A model generated the notes under the pieces. That model was not told the origin of the DNA. It saw only the letters and a list, made by a program, of their open reading frames with translations, and did no database searches. Of a stretch of DNA of 64,000 nucleotides, positions 1 through 11,378 are shown piece after piece (within the stretch, counting starts at the first letter, position 1; every line of letters starts with the position of its first letter). A program made the translations under genes and the position numbers. Source of the stretch: Veleropilina oligotropha (lineage: Eukaryota). The stretch is from the NCBI GenBank assembly GCA_048128005.1, contig JBEUKZ010000045.1, forward strand, positions 1-64,000, given 5' to 3'.

Positions 1-154
<154 letters not shown>

Positions 155-177
155 AATAATAAACAATAAATCCTATG

Positions 178-224
178 TACTGTTAATATTTTCGGTGTTT
201 ATTTCTACACCTCTTCAGGCAGAT
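178..224 (-). ncRNA. Minimal hammerhead-ribozyme-like motif (degenerate)
   Basis: Minus strand reads CTGAAGA-GGTGT-loop-ACACC-GAA-AATATT-A: both core motifs, a 5-bp stem II and a palindromic short stem III. Stem I is only partly paired. Confidence 0.55.
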
Positions 225-320
225 TACAAAATGTATTGATGTAACGAAAATATGACGTTTAAGCTATGACGTCGGGATTTACAGAAATTACGTCATCATT
301 TTCTACATCCAATACAATGA

Positions 321-490
321 TGTTATCAGTATTGTGTGGATTCTGGCACATCGGAAACCTCGAGTGACGTCGTAGTTTTGGCGGCTGATTAATCGCGAGA
401 ACGAAGTTCGAACGTTTTATCCGCCGCAAAAACTACGACGTCACGAGACGTTTCCGATGTGCCAGAATCCACACAATAACTGATAACATT
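321..490. repeat. Long imperfect hairpin, head of a non-autonomous element
   Basis: tgttatcagtattgtgtggattctggcacatcggaaac... pairs with ...gtttccgatgtgccagaatccacacaataactgataaca. The apex contains AAC-GAA-GTT. Confidence 0.8.
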
Positions 491-3400
491 TTTATTATAT
501 GCCACAACAAGTTTCTTATTAAATTGAATCGAAAGATTATGGTAATTTTAGTCACGAATCTGTAAGGAGGTTGAAATAGTATAGGACTATATTGGAAGTA
601 GTTCCTATGATGTGTCAGCCATTTTGAATATATAAGCAGGAGACGTTGTCCTGTGAATATATAAGCAGGAGACGTTTTCTGAATCGATATCAGCTGTGTC
701 CGTGATACAGGGTCTCGGAAAACTGCGCGAGAATAGGCGTCATAAAACGACTGGCATATAATAAATACATGTACAACATTCCACAAGATTAACAAGGCGA
801 CATTTAGGTCTACAGTAAAGTGAGTGTACATATATAAGTACACTACTTGTTATTATTAAGATTTGGTTTTAGTGATTTAATTTAACACATTTCCTGTTCG
901 TCTCAATTTCTGAATCTATCTTATACAATGGAAAAACTCTAAAATCATTATTTGAGCAGCTATGAAAATGTTTATTAACATTAAAAAATCTTAGTTCATC
1001 AGACTTGGTCTGTTGTCTATGTACAGTCATTCTGGTTCTTAATTCACATCGTGTTTGACCAATATAAAAACAACCACATTTTGTACAAATCAATGAATAA
1101 ATAACATTTTTGGATTTACATGTCATATTACGTTTCACTGTAAATGTTTTACCATTCTTAAAGGTGTAAGATTCCCCTTCAACGATAATATCGCATGCGG
1201 CGCACCTGCTTGTACCACATTTTGAAACTCGAGGACTAGTTTCATTGAGGTTAAGTGCGGATTTACATAATGTTTGCTTTCAATTCTTAGGTTGTCTTTT
1301 GCTTTTTATAATTGCGCACAATTGCTGCCTACGTTGACTTTATATAACAGGATCGCTAACAATTCTGACAATTCTAGAGGCAAGATTATAGGGAATGTTA
1401 ACTTTAGTATGTTTAGGATGACATGACTTAATATCTAGGTAATTCTTTGTATCCATTGGCTTGCTGTAAATATCTGTAGAAATATTTCAATCTTCTAGTT
1501 TTACAAGAATATCAAGCAATGGCAATTTTTCAGCACTGGTCTCTATAGTAATCGATGGATGTAAACAGTTTAGCATATCAAATAATTCTAGAATATTAAC
1601 ATCAGGCTTCCAAATAATGCAACAATCATCAAGGAAGCGTTTAAAATGTTCACGTACATATATACTAAATTGGTGGCAATATTTAGCTTCGAGTCTATCA
1701 TATAAAATGCGATCCCAGACCACCAAAGACCAGTAGTATTTGGAGTCAGACTCGTAGCAAATCTTTGCTACGATGCCTTGTGATTTCCAGTCGTAGTCGG
1801 TCGTAACCTGTTGTAAGTTGTCCTATCTCAGTGTGACTGGCGCTTAAAGTAAGTCACAACAGTCGTGCGAGTGTTGTACTACTAGTCTCTACAGTCTTGC
1901 GATTGCCGTGCTGCCAGCCTTACGTTGTCGTAGTTCATCGTGGAACTCTTCAGTAGACTATGTGCAATTAATCGTGCCTTCTGACCATCATACATGCAGC
2001 AAGAACCAGAAAATGTCAAGGTCATCGTGATGGCGTGTCTCATTGTGCTTCTAGTCATTGACAATCGTAGGCAGTCTTCTACAAATCGCAGCATAGTTGG
2101 GGACAGGTCTTATTGTGCGACTGCTAGACTGACATCGCAAACCAAACACTGCGATTTTTGCGATCATTTATACTGTTTCAGAGACTACGCTTCATAAATC
2201 AGCATCGTATCGCTGGAATATCTTATTATATGAACACACTACCAGTCGTGCCACTAATCATACGACCAGTGTCAGATCGGTCGCATGGTGTGACCGCATT
2301 TTGAGATCGCAGACATAAAAAGGAGACTGGTCGTATCTCGCAGAAATCTGCACAGATTGTGCGATCCTATAATCGTACGATTAGGTGAGACAGGGTCTAA
2401 CAATGGCGTGGCTGATCGAGAGACTCTCCAGTCGACTATGCTCGATTAGTTGCAAAAGTCATAGTGGCCGTCAAAGGCATGTCATGAGGGAACATTAAAG
2501 GAGGTCTCACGCGGTGCGATTTAGCTGCGATGTCGTACAGCGAGATATGATAGGCCAAGATATCGGTTATCTTCATACCCTGCTAGATGATCGACAATAA
2601 TATTTCCTGCGATACCATGAAATATTGTCGCAGCGTAGACTCTTAACCAGTTACGCAACATCTTAAATGATAGCAGAAATCGCAGTGTGTGAGGGGAAGT
2701 ATCATTACATGCGATTATCGACGATACGACCGGGCACCTTATCGTATCGTATCATAGGGAAATTCGACAGAGTAATTAATTTACAGAGGAAATTTGGAAA
2801 ACAATGTTAACCGCTATACTCCCCCCCCCACCTTAATTCAACGCCCATCATTATTACGTTTTGACCATTATAGCTTATTTCATCGTTTTTGTTCCTAAAC
2901 CACTACGAGCATCTTCATACAAACACGAACTCTACGTGACTGTGAAGTGTACCTGTAATTTGGCAGAATTGTTTCAGGTAAAAATGCTGTCCGTTCGGCG
3001 TTGTTATCTCTGTTGCGGACGCTATCTGGAACGTTATCATTTCAGTGCGTATCAACGCTTTTAATTCTCTGATCGGAGTTTATAAGATCAAGGTCCGATA
3101 ACCTCGTAGTCCTTGTGGTCTGCCGAATTATTGACTTACAATGTAGTTAACGCACGCTGATTATTTGTGAGGCAACAGGCTTCATATTATCATATTATCT
3201 TTGTATTACCAGACCAAAAAAAAAATTGTCCGTTGAAACCCACAATATATCATATTTTCCAAATATAATGCTCTTTAACCGCGATTCGTTGGAGTTTCTG
3301 TGGAAGACGATTGGCATGCAACCCAATGTTTCTGTGTTTGGATCCAATTTGATCGCTACATGATCCATTCTGATCAGAACAATCGTGTCTGAATCAATCC

Positions 3401-3641
3401 ATTAAACCGTATCATCGCCCGCATAACGGAAATACTCTTTATTATTACAACCATTTCCATTTCTTGCGTGCAGGTGGAAACGTAGCTCAAAGGTCAAATA
3501 TCGCAGTGTTTCATAAAATTAGCCATTCCATCGATTTGTGTTACTTAATATTCAAATAAGCACTTTCTGAAAAGTTGTCATCGAATAAAATGATTAGATG
3601 GTCCATATAATGAAATACATGTCAGCGTCATCATGGCTCAT

Positions 3642-3953
3642 GCCGTCGTGGCTCAGTGGGTTGTTCGCAGGACTCGGGTCACAGAGTCTCGCGTTCGCCC
3701 CCAGAGCTCAGCGATTTCACTTTGGCAAGGAAATAAGCATATATTTGCCTCGGTCCACCCCGCCGATCTGAATGGCTACCATGGTTGGCAGTTATGTAAG
3801 TCACGGCGTTACCCGCTTGTAAATGACTGTAATGCTCCCAGAGGGAGTTTCGATGGCATATCGAGTGGAAGAGGCCAATAACCAGGGGTAATAATGTTCA
3901 GCGCATTGAGACACTAGCGTAATAAAGCGCTATATAAGACCGGAGTATTATTA
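3642..3953 (+). mobile_element. tRNA-derived SINE (copy 1)
   Basis: A-box TGGCTCAGTGG, B-box-like GTTCG and (TAT)n tail. A second, diverged copy lies at 57830-58146. Confidence 0.85.
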
Positions 3954-6622
3954 GGGCTTCAAGCTCTTTCAAGCTTGAAGCCCTATTGAAATTGTACCGG
4001 TTATTATTCTTATTCTGACGTTTTTTTGTGGGCACTTTAGCGCGAAAACGGCTATAGCTACAGCTTTCAAAATTCATGTGTGCTTGGGCACATCATTGAA
4101 GCATTGCCTCGTTCTATTTTCAAGTTTCGGGATTTTATGCTTTGGTCGTAATCTTCAATTTTGTAAAATAAAATGACCTCTTTTCAAAAACGATATAAGT
4201 CTTACACGGCTTTCGAGATCGAGACAAAATCTTCAAAGGCATGATCTAGACTATTGAGACAACAATCTCCTGGAAATGAAATTTTCATTTTTTCAATGCT
4301 AAGATCGCTACGGGCGTCCTAATCTTGACACAATTAAAAATGACCTCTTTTCAAAAACGATATAAGTCTTACACGGCTTTCGAGATCGAGACAAAATCTT
4401 CAAAGGCATGATCTAGACTATTGAGACAGCAATCTCTTGGAAATGAAATTTTCATTTTTTCAATGCTAAGATCGCTACGGGCGTCCTAATCTTGACAAAA
4501 TTTTGATTTTTCATTTCTGCAGTATCTTTCAATGCACTCCACGAAATCTTTCCAATCTTCCAGGGTGAGTGCGCATCGATATCAAGTGCCGCAAACTTTT
4601 AGCCAATAAATGCCATGGTTTCGTCGCAATCTTTGATTTTTTGAAAACATTAAAATGCGCTTTTCTCAGAACTGAGTAGCGTGATCTTATCGACACTTGG
4701 TAGTTTTGACAAAGCATTATATCGGTATATGTTGTTCTAATGGAATACTTTGTGAGACAAATTAAAAAGGAGTTATGAAGACATTAAATTTAATATTAAA
4801 TTGACTGTAACTTCTTTAATTTTCATTTATATGAAACGTGACGCAATTCATTTTATTCGTATCGAAAATATCTAATGTAATATCTATAGAATACATCGCT
4901 AAAATGAGTTGCTTGAGAGTTATTAGACTTAGTTTTTTTAGATGAATATTGCTTCATAGCGCCTCTAAAAATCGTCCTTTTTCTTCCAGATATTCGCATA
5001 AAATATACTATATAAAGATCGTTATATTAGAGAATTGTGACAAGAATACAATAAGTACTTTCATTGTTTAAAAAATACTATTTTAATTCCTCGCCTCATT
5101 TCGGCGCGACCAGCTCAGTGCTAATTGCCTTATCAGATGAAGTAGGCAGTTTATGAGCCTGTCTCTTTGAGGTGTCATAAAGCCGCGCGCCAACCCTGTC
5201 CAGTGGACAGCAAGGCCCTTGAGAAGTTCTGCTATTAGGCTTAAGTAAACATTTAGCCAACAGAAGGCTACATGATTCAGTAACTGTTAATATATGGTGA
5301 AAACATTGATATTCTGTTGGTCAGTCCAGTTGCGCATTCATTATTATAGATACTTCTTAATTTCCATCATAGGTTAATGCACAAGATAATAGATTTAAAA
5401 ACTTTTCTGTGGAGGTACGCCCTGGCGCACTCGCGCATTCGGCGCTCGTTCGTGTGTGCGTCACACAGTCTGCATGTAAGCTACCTAAGATGCCGTGCAA
5501 TGTCGTTGCGTTTAATAATTACCGATCAATAATGAAGTGAAATGGTCTTAATTATGCTTATGAGTCGCAAGCATTACGCTATTATTGTTTGATTAGAACA
5601 TGTAATCGACTAATTTATTTTTCTTTATAAAGAGCAACACACACTAAAAAGCTAAATGCATATATAATAGCCATTCACATATCAATAGAAGGAGTTATAA
5701 CATTATATAATACAAATAGTAGCGAATTATCCCGTGATTGAGGAAATTTATGCTAGCCTGTGTAAAGCAGATACCAATTTTGTTATTTACACCATGGCGA
5801 CACAAGCCGATATCGACACATGTATTTCAATCAAATCAACAATTTCAAACAGGCACTCAAGACTGTCGCCGCATACGATCCAGTCAGCGATGTCCGCTGT
5901 GGCAGATTTTGTGGGCAACATATTATGTGCGACAGGTGTCTATGCGGCCTATCCCATTTTAATATAACCTGCATTTATCGAAAATAACAGCGAATGAATG
6001 AAGTCAATTATCGAAGTGTTCGCGAATAATCGATTATCAATATTTTACAAACATATTAACGCATGTAAAACGTTTTTAGTTACCGTGGCGGAAATATCTA
6101 CATTGGGTGCCTGGTGACCGAGTGGTTCTAGTGATGGTCTAAATCGACTTGAACTGACTGCCATGGATGGCCCTGCTCGTTGCGTTTTCGAATCCGATGG
6201 GATACAACTTTTGCGACGTTATTAGACTGGTTGTCTGTAACCGACCGAGATGCGTGGGTTTCACCGTGCCATATAAAATGGTCATGAAACGGGCTAACTA
6301 TGTCAGAACTGATCCTAGAGCTTAGCTATTTTAAACTAGGTCAACTTTTTTTTTTGAAAAAAATAAAAACAAAATGGCCGCAAAAATTGGTAAATTTGCA
6401 ATATCTCGAGAACTATACGGCGTAGAAATCTAAGATTGGCGGCATTCGATTCAGAGTGGCCATATGTATATCTTAAAATATAAAAAATATTTTTTTAAAT
6501 TTAGTATTTTTTGTAATTTTGTTTCCTTTTTTAAATTAAACTTTTTTATTTTTTTGTATTTTACGTCTTTTTTTTATTTCGTTTATCTGATTGAAGCCCT
6601 CACAGCTGCTCGCAGCTTTAAT
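3952..6622 (+). mobile_element. Non-autonomous Helentron/HINE-like element inserted in the SINE tail
   Basis: 5' end tagggcttcaagc..gcttgaagcccta hairpin; 3' end ttgaagccct followed by the stem-loop agctgc-tc-gcagct; sits in a TA/TT-rich tract. Contains a ~170-bp internal tandem duplication at ~4170-4500. Confidence 0.6.
6104..6290 (+). mobile_element. Second SINE family fragment (tRNA-like head)
   Basis: TGGTGACCGAGTGGT A-box-like and TTCGAATCC B-box-like motifs. Shares accg.ccgag.tgcgtgggtttcaccg with ~35836. Confidence 0.5.
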
Positions 6623-6796
6623 TATTATTATTATCGTATGTAGTGAGAGAATGTCCGTTATTGGGTTAATTGACAGTTGTTATCATACCTGTCATTGATA
6701 TGTACAAATCGTGTTAAAACAAAATCGAGCAAGGAAATATTACAGAGTTCAGATTGGTAGCATGGAATATTACTAGCATGGAATCCTCACAGAGAT

Positions 6797-7080
6797 AGCA
6801 GCAGGGGGGGTCAGTAGACTTTTTAGAATGGGAAAATAAGGCTCCCAGCACCTTTTCAGAATTAATATGGATCTCAACTCAGCAGCAGGGGGGGGTGAAT
6901 GCACTTTTTAGAATGGGAAAATACGGCTCCCAGCACCTGTTCAGAACTCAGGGTAGCTCGGACTAGTCAGCAGGGGAGTTTAGACTAGGGCCCCGGGGCC
7001 CACTGTGGAGGCTCCCAGCACCCTTTCAGACCCGAGGGTAGGGATTGTATTACAAAAAAGTTACCGTGTGTACAGACAGC
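6797..7080 (+). repeat. Left TIR of element A
   Basis: Reverse complement of ~22374-22652 with a few substitutions and indels. Built from three sub-repeats of (agc)agcagggg...ggctcccagcacc and contains the palindrome GGGCCCCGGGGCCC. Confidence 0.95.
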
Positions 7081-7888
7081 GCACTACCCCAGCCGGGCCT
7101 GGTGTATGTTTGTATCCGTGTCGAGAACTGTCTAGACTGTCGGCGGACAGGCTCTGTGATATTCGGGCTTGATATCTTGGTGTCTATTCTAGAATCATCG
7201 CGTCTATTCTAGATCATTCTAGAAGCTGTATTGCCGCGTGACGGATGAGTCTAAGAATAGAATACTGTAACCACGTAAACAAGGTTACAAGAAAAAAATT
7301 TGTGCTAAACGGAAGTGTGGTTACAAGAAAAAATTTTCTGGGTCAATCTTTCTTCACTAAGCCAAATCTTTTTATATCTGGGTCGACTCGGCGGCTGTCG
7401 CAGCTGTGCGAGGTATTTCATTCATAAATCGGACAATGGATCGACCTGCACGCGCCGAAGCAGCCAGACAGCATTTCTATAGTACACAGATATAGCGTGT
7501 CATGCTTTTAACGACTGTTGCCATTCATAAATCGGGCACGAATGAACCAACAGTAGATGGCTGACTGGGATATTAATATTATTATTTAATACATTGATGT
7601 CTCTCCTAGTGTAGCTCTAAGCGCAGTACAAACTATAACTAATATTACAGTACAATGTACACAAGAATATACAGGAGAGACATCAATGATACATACTATG
7701 AATGCACTAAGCAATAATAATAATAAACAGAATATTTTTTTCGAGTTTTTCAATTTTATCTTTTTTTTTTACAAGCGCAATCAGACAAAGAGGTGAAGCA
7801 GCCCCTGCGTGAACTTCAACCAACTTTGAATGGTACAATATACGCAGGGGAAAGCCGGAAAAATATGTTTTAATGCAGGAGCAGCTGT

Positions 7889-8314
7889 TTATATGAATAT
7901 ATAGTTACCGCTTGCTAGACTGCAATTGCAGGACGAGATGTGCCCGATCTGATTCCACGAACCCCTGCAGTCGGTAGACAGCATCGAAAAGTACTGCCCA
8001 TGCTTCCCGCGACATAAGGACAGCTCGGCGCATTCGATGCATACAACAGTATTGGGATCTGGGCCACAGTAATTCTCTCCGATAATAAAGTAGTGGCATG
8101 CCGGTGGGGAGACATCAGGGGTGGGGTGTCCCGGGCGAAGAAGCAAGTTTCTACGCAAGGGGTCAAATCGGGCGTTATACCTGGGATGATTTCGGTACCT
8201 AGCCCACGTATGTTCCAGAATTAATGCAGTGTTGTGTGTCGACGTCTGGGTGGAGACACCCCCTAGCCAGCACACCGCGACAATGCACAGTAGCATAGAT
8301 TTCATGGATTTCAT
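7889..8314 (-). CDS. Secreted Cys-rich protein, possible cystine-knot (IL-17/PTTH-trunk-like) fold
   Basis: N-terminal signal-peptide-like MLLCIVAVCWLGGVST, then 8 Cys in the C-terminal 70 aa ending in CxC. Confidence 0.65.
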   Translation of the reverse strand: MKSMKSMLLCIVAVCWLGGVSTQTSTHNTALILEHTWARYRNHPRYNARFDPLRRNLLLRPGHPTPDVSPPACHYFIIGENYCGPDPNTVVCIECAELSLCRGKHGQYFSMLSTDCRGSWNQIGHISSCNCSLASGNYIFI

Positions 8315-8396
8315 GGTTGTCCAGATATCACTGTCGATTTCTAGCTTTAATACGGGGGAGGAGGGGGGTAGTCGTGGCTACGCTCAACCTGGATAG

Positions 8397-9029
8397 TTAG
8401 TCGCCAGCCCCGATTTTTTTCAGCAGCTCTGCGCGACCCTCTAAACGACCACGCTCAATAAGCTCGCTCTGGGTCTGTGAACTCACGGTGTGCGCCTTCC
8501 TACTCTTATGCCGAATTGATGCCTTCATGGCTTGGTATTTCTCCATCTCCCCTGTGACCAGTTGGAATTCATCATCAGACATCACCCCGTCCGCTAAGGC
8601 CTTTGAGACGTGGTCGGTTATGGTATTAAGCTTGCTGTCGGCCAGGACTCGAATCTCGTCGTGTTTCTTAGCCTTAACCCCGAGGCGTCGGCTGATATAT
8701 TTTCCACCCATACTGGCGAGCCCACACCCCAACGCCGCTAATTCGAGCACTAGGACAACAGGTGCGGCAACGATTGTGGAAAGTAGTCCAATTCCAGCGC
8801 TACCCATACCAAGGGTCGCGACGACTAGTCCATTATCTATCCCGTCAACGACGTTAACACGTTGGCAGTATTTTTTATATAGTGCAGCCCTTGTGTCTCT
8901 CTCTCGTTCTAACTGTCCCTGAAGCTCATTCACTTTTTGCAGTCGGAAAGACTGTGCCTCATGCAGTTCCGAAATCCCATCGCCACCAAGCTGTGGGTAC
9001 AGCATTGGCGCTGAGGGTGTGTTGTCCAT
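8397..9029 (-). CDS. Membrane protein with coiled coil (element A)
   Basis: 210 aa; hydrophobic hairpin LVVATLGMGSAGIGLLSTIVAAPVVLVLELAALGCGL flanked by helical charged segments. Abuts the next ORF. Confidence 0.8.
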   Translation of the reverse strand: MDNTPSAPMLYPQLGGDGISELHEAQSFRLQKVNELQGQLERERDTRAALYKKYCQRVNVVDGIDNGLVVATLGMGSAGIGLLSTIVAAPVVLVLELAALGCGLASMGGKYISRRLGVKAKKHDEIRVLADSKLNTITDHVSKALADGVMSDDEFQLVTGEMEKYQAMKASIRHKSRKAHTVSSQTQSELIERGRLEGRAELLKKIGAGD

Positions 9030-9398
9030 CTATACGTGGCTGTATTGTTCAGCCTGTTGATTCCCAATGTCTACCGTAACGTTCAAATACAGAGTGCCCA
9101 CCCACGGGGCCTTGATGGTGAAGGCGAGGGTCAACTTGTCCGAGTCCAGGCCAAGGCTATTTATGGAACACGCTTTGGGGGCGCCCCCGGCCGGCTGGAC
9201 CGGTGTCGTGTGGATCATTAGCAGGGCTGGGTTCAACCCAAAGCGACCTCCAGTGTTTGGAATCCTGAACCCAGCCCTCGCCAGCCCCTTCTTTGGTGCT
9301 TCCCCACAATTAAGAACGAAGTGCCACCGGGTCGCTGAAGGCTCTTCTGCGAGAAGGGGTGGGGGTGGTAGTGGGGTCCCATAGATGCTGATGCTCAT
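9030..9398 (-). CDS. Hypothetical beta-rich protein (element A)
   Basis: 122 aa, tightly packed: ATGA overlap with the upstream ORF stop, and its own stop abuts the next ATG. Confidence 0.65.
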   Translation of the reverse strand: MSISIYGTPLPPPPLLAEEPSATRWHFVLNCGEAPKKGLARAGFRIPNTGGRFGLNPALLMIHTTPVQPAGGAPKACSINSLGLDSDKLTLAFTIKAPWVGTLYLNVTVDIGNQQAEQYSHV

Positions 9399-10102
9399 TG
9401 TATCTCAAGGACTGCGGACATAGGCATACCGTGATTGTTGAGCGGGTTACCATCTGGGTCTGTGACGTACACCTTCAACTCTGTGATAATCCCGGCCTGC
9501 AGTCGCCGGACGGCTGGGTAGCTATGATAGTGGGAAGCTTCACCGAACATCTGCGACGTTATAGGGACCACCGCGAGAATATTGCTAGGGGCGCCGTCCT
9601 TCACATTGTGTGTTGTACTGAGCTGCTCCAGGTGAACGTGTAGGGTCGTTGCAATGGCAAACCCGACAGGCTTGTTCCCGTCATACGTCCCGGGGCGTAG
9701 CCATTGCGGCTCATCTGCAGGCTTGTTCTTGTCATAAGTCATAAGCAGCCACCACCCTGCAAGGGTGAAGCCGAGGAGCTTCCGTATATCGGCGCTGATC
9801 GCGAGTTGAGTCCCAGAGGGGACCACGAGTCGCGCGAGTCCAGTAGCACGGCTCACATCTAGCTGTATGTTAACTAGCGACCTCTTCATTGTCTTGGCGA
9901 GGGAATCGAAGCTGTAGAAACCTGGTGCCAAGTCGACCGTGGTATCTGGGGTCTTAAAGAATGCTCCAGCGTGCACGTTATGCCAGCCGACCCAGTAGTC
10001 GAACGAGCGCAGGACGATGCATAGTTTGCCTTCCCGGTTATCAATAGGCTGCAGGAGGGGAACCGCGGTCCCCTCTTGAACACTCGTTAATGTGTGGAAC
10101 AT
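9395..10102 (-). CDS. Minor capsid protein (penton-like, single jelly-roll)
   Basis: C-terminal LHVHLEQL..N..DG..SNILAVVP...ITELKVYVTDPDGNPLNNHG..SAVLEI pattern typical of Polinton/PLV pentons. Confidence 0.75.
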   Translation of the reverse strand: MFHTLTSVQEGTAVPLLQPIDNREGKLCIVLRSFDYWVGWHNVHAGAFFKTPDTTVDLAPGFYSFDSLAKTMKRSLVNIQLDVSRATGLARLVVPSGTQLAISADIRKLLGFTLAGWWLLMTYDKNKPADEPQWLRPGTYDGNKPVGFAIATTLHVHLEQLSTTHNVKDGAPSNILAVVPITSQMFGEASHYHSYPAVRRLQAGIITELKVYVTDPDGNPLNNHGMPMSAVLEIQ

Positions 10103-10106
10103 AGCT

Positions 10107-11378
10107 ATGGCTCTTAGCCCCTTTGCGTTTAATGGGAGTGCGGCCTATCCGACCGGTGTGGTGTACCCAGCGAAGATCCAAGATGAGCAGCTTACAAAAC
10201 CAAGCGTCGTTGTCTCCTCGTCTGAATCTCCTGCCTTCGGGGCAGACTACCCAGACGTCTTTCAAAAATACCGCCTCCCTCACGTCGCGAGTGATCGAGT
10301 GATCCAGGCCTGGCACAGTACACCGATGCGATTTTGGCAGAACAAGGTCAATTTCGCCGTCTGGTGTGCCACAACAGGTTCCGGGATCTCCTCAGAAGAC
10401 CACTTGAATGCTACTGCAGCCCTCGCCAGAGCTGTATTCACCTTCCACGTATACTATCAGGTCAGAAGGATCTTGACCGAGATTCAGGCCCCGCTGCCTC
10501 AAGACGTGACGTGGGATGCATTCGACACCCCGTATGACCGAAGGTCATATGAAAAGATCTGCAGCGAATTCGGAGTCTCCCCACATACCGACTGGCATGT
10601 CAAGGGTCCCAACGGCGGACTAGGCACCGCTTACAGCTACTGGACGAACAACGGCTACCACCCCATCGGACGTGAGTATGATCCAAGCCGAATGTCCTTC
10701 ACCAAAGGTACGACCAACACGAATTTGCATGTGGACTATATAGCACAGGATGCAGGCACTTCGTGGGCTACTTTTATTCTGGACAGGTCGGTGGGGTTTA
10801 CCCGGGCCGGCGTGGAGAGGCTCAATGACTCCATCAGGACCTACGTCTGGGCGATTCTTGGAGCGCAGGCGCAGACACGTGCAAGTATTCTGGGGAGTGG
10901 GACAGCATTTGACGCACAGAAACAGTTTCTGGCGAACGTCGAAGATGCCATCGCATCCCCCGTTGACCTCCCATCAGCCATCAAACGGTACCAGGACGTT
11001 TTGCAGTATGCCAGGTCCAAGGTCGACTTCGTATTCGGCGTTGGCCTGTACATGGCGCCAAGTAACATGCTTCTACGGATCGGGCAGGTGGCTGGTTATA
11101 ACAACGAGATCGTCGTCGCCACGGAAGACCAGACCCTAGGTCTTAATATGACGGTGAACGCGGCCAGTGTGCCGCCCAACGCCGCACGGGGTACTGGAGA
11201 AACAGGATTGGTTATTCCACAAGACGCAGATGCAAACATACCGGTAGTCACTCTGAAGCATCCAAACGCTGAGCTGGCTGTAGCTGTTCCAGCGGTAGCT
11301 GTGGCACATGACGAGGAGAAAACCGCACTTATCGTGGGCGGCATTGTCGTTGGCCTAGCGTTCATCTGGCTTACGTGA
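10107..11378 (+). CDS. Hypothetical virion-type protein with C-terminal transmembrane anchor
   Basis: Long ORF from the first ATG at 10107; ends ALIVGGIVVGLAFIWLT. Confidence 0.8.
   Translation: MALSPFAFNGSAAYPTGVVYPAKIQDEQLTKPSVVVSSSESPAFGADYPDVFQKYRLPHVASDRVIQAWHSTPMRFWQNKVNFAVWCATTGSGISSEDHLNATAALARAVFTFHVYYQVRRILTEIQAPLPQDVTWDAFDTPYDRRSYEKICSEFGVSPHTDWHVKGPNGGLGTAYSYWTNNGYHPIGREYDPSRMSFTKGTTNTNLHVDYIAQDAGTSWATFILDRSVGFTRAGVERLNDSIRTYVWAILGAQAQTRASILGSGTAFDAQKQFLANVEDAIASPVDLPSAIKRYQDVLQYARSKVDFVFGVGLYMAPSNMLLRIGQVAGYNNEIVVATEDQTLGLNMTVNAASVPPNAARGTGETGLVIPQDADANIPVVTLKHPNAELAVAVPAVAVAHDEEKTALIVGGIVVGLAFIWLT

Larger units (their letters stand above)
178..1726 (-). mobile_element. Degenerate Penelope-like retroelement fragment (RT + GIY-YIG endonuclease)
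   Basis: ORF 1487-1726 has RT-like RFLDDCCIIW and LPLLDILV. ORF 869-1138 has GIY-YIG-like NVIYSLICTKCGCFYIGQT..RxxxH. A hammerhead-like motif lies at the 3' end. Interrupted by a hairpin element near 321-490. Confidence 0.85.

Noticed and set aside
1711..2770. CG-rich, self-similar stretch with small ORFs
   Set aside because: Probably decayed MITEs, but matching termini could not be defined and the ORFs lack motifs.
3642..3715. tRNA gene
   Set aside because: Only A/B-box similarity; continues into a SINE body and tail present twice in the window.
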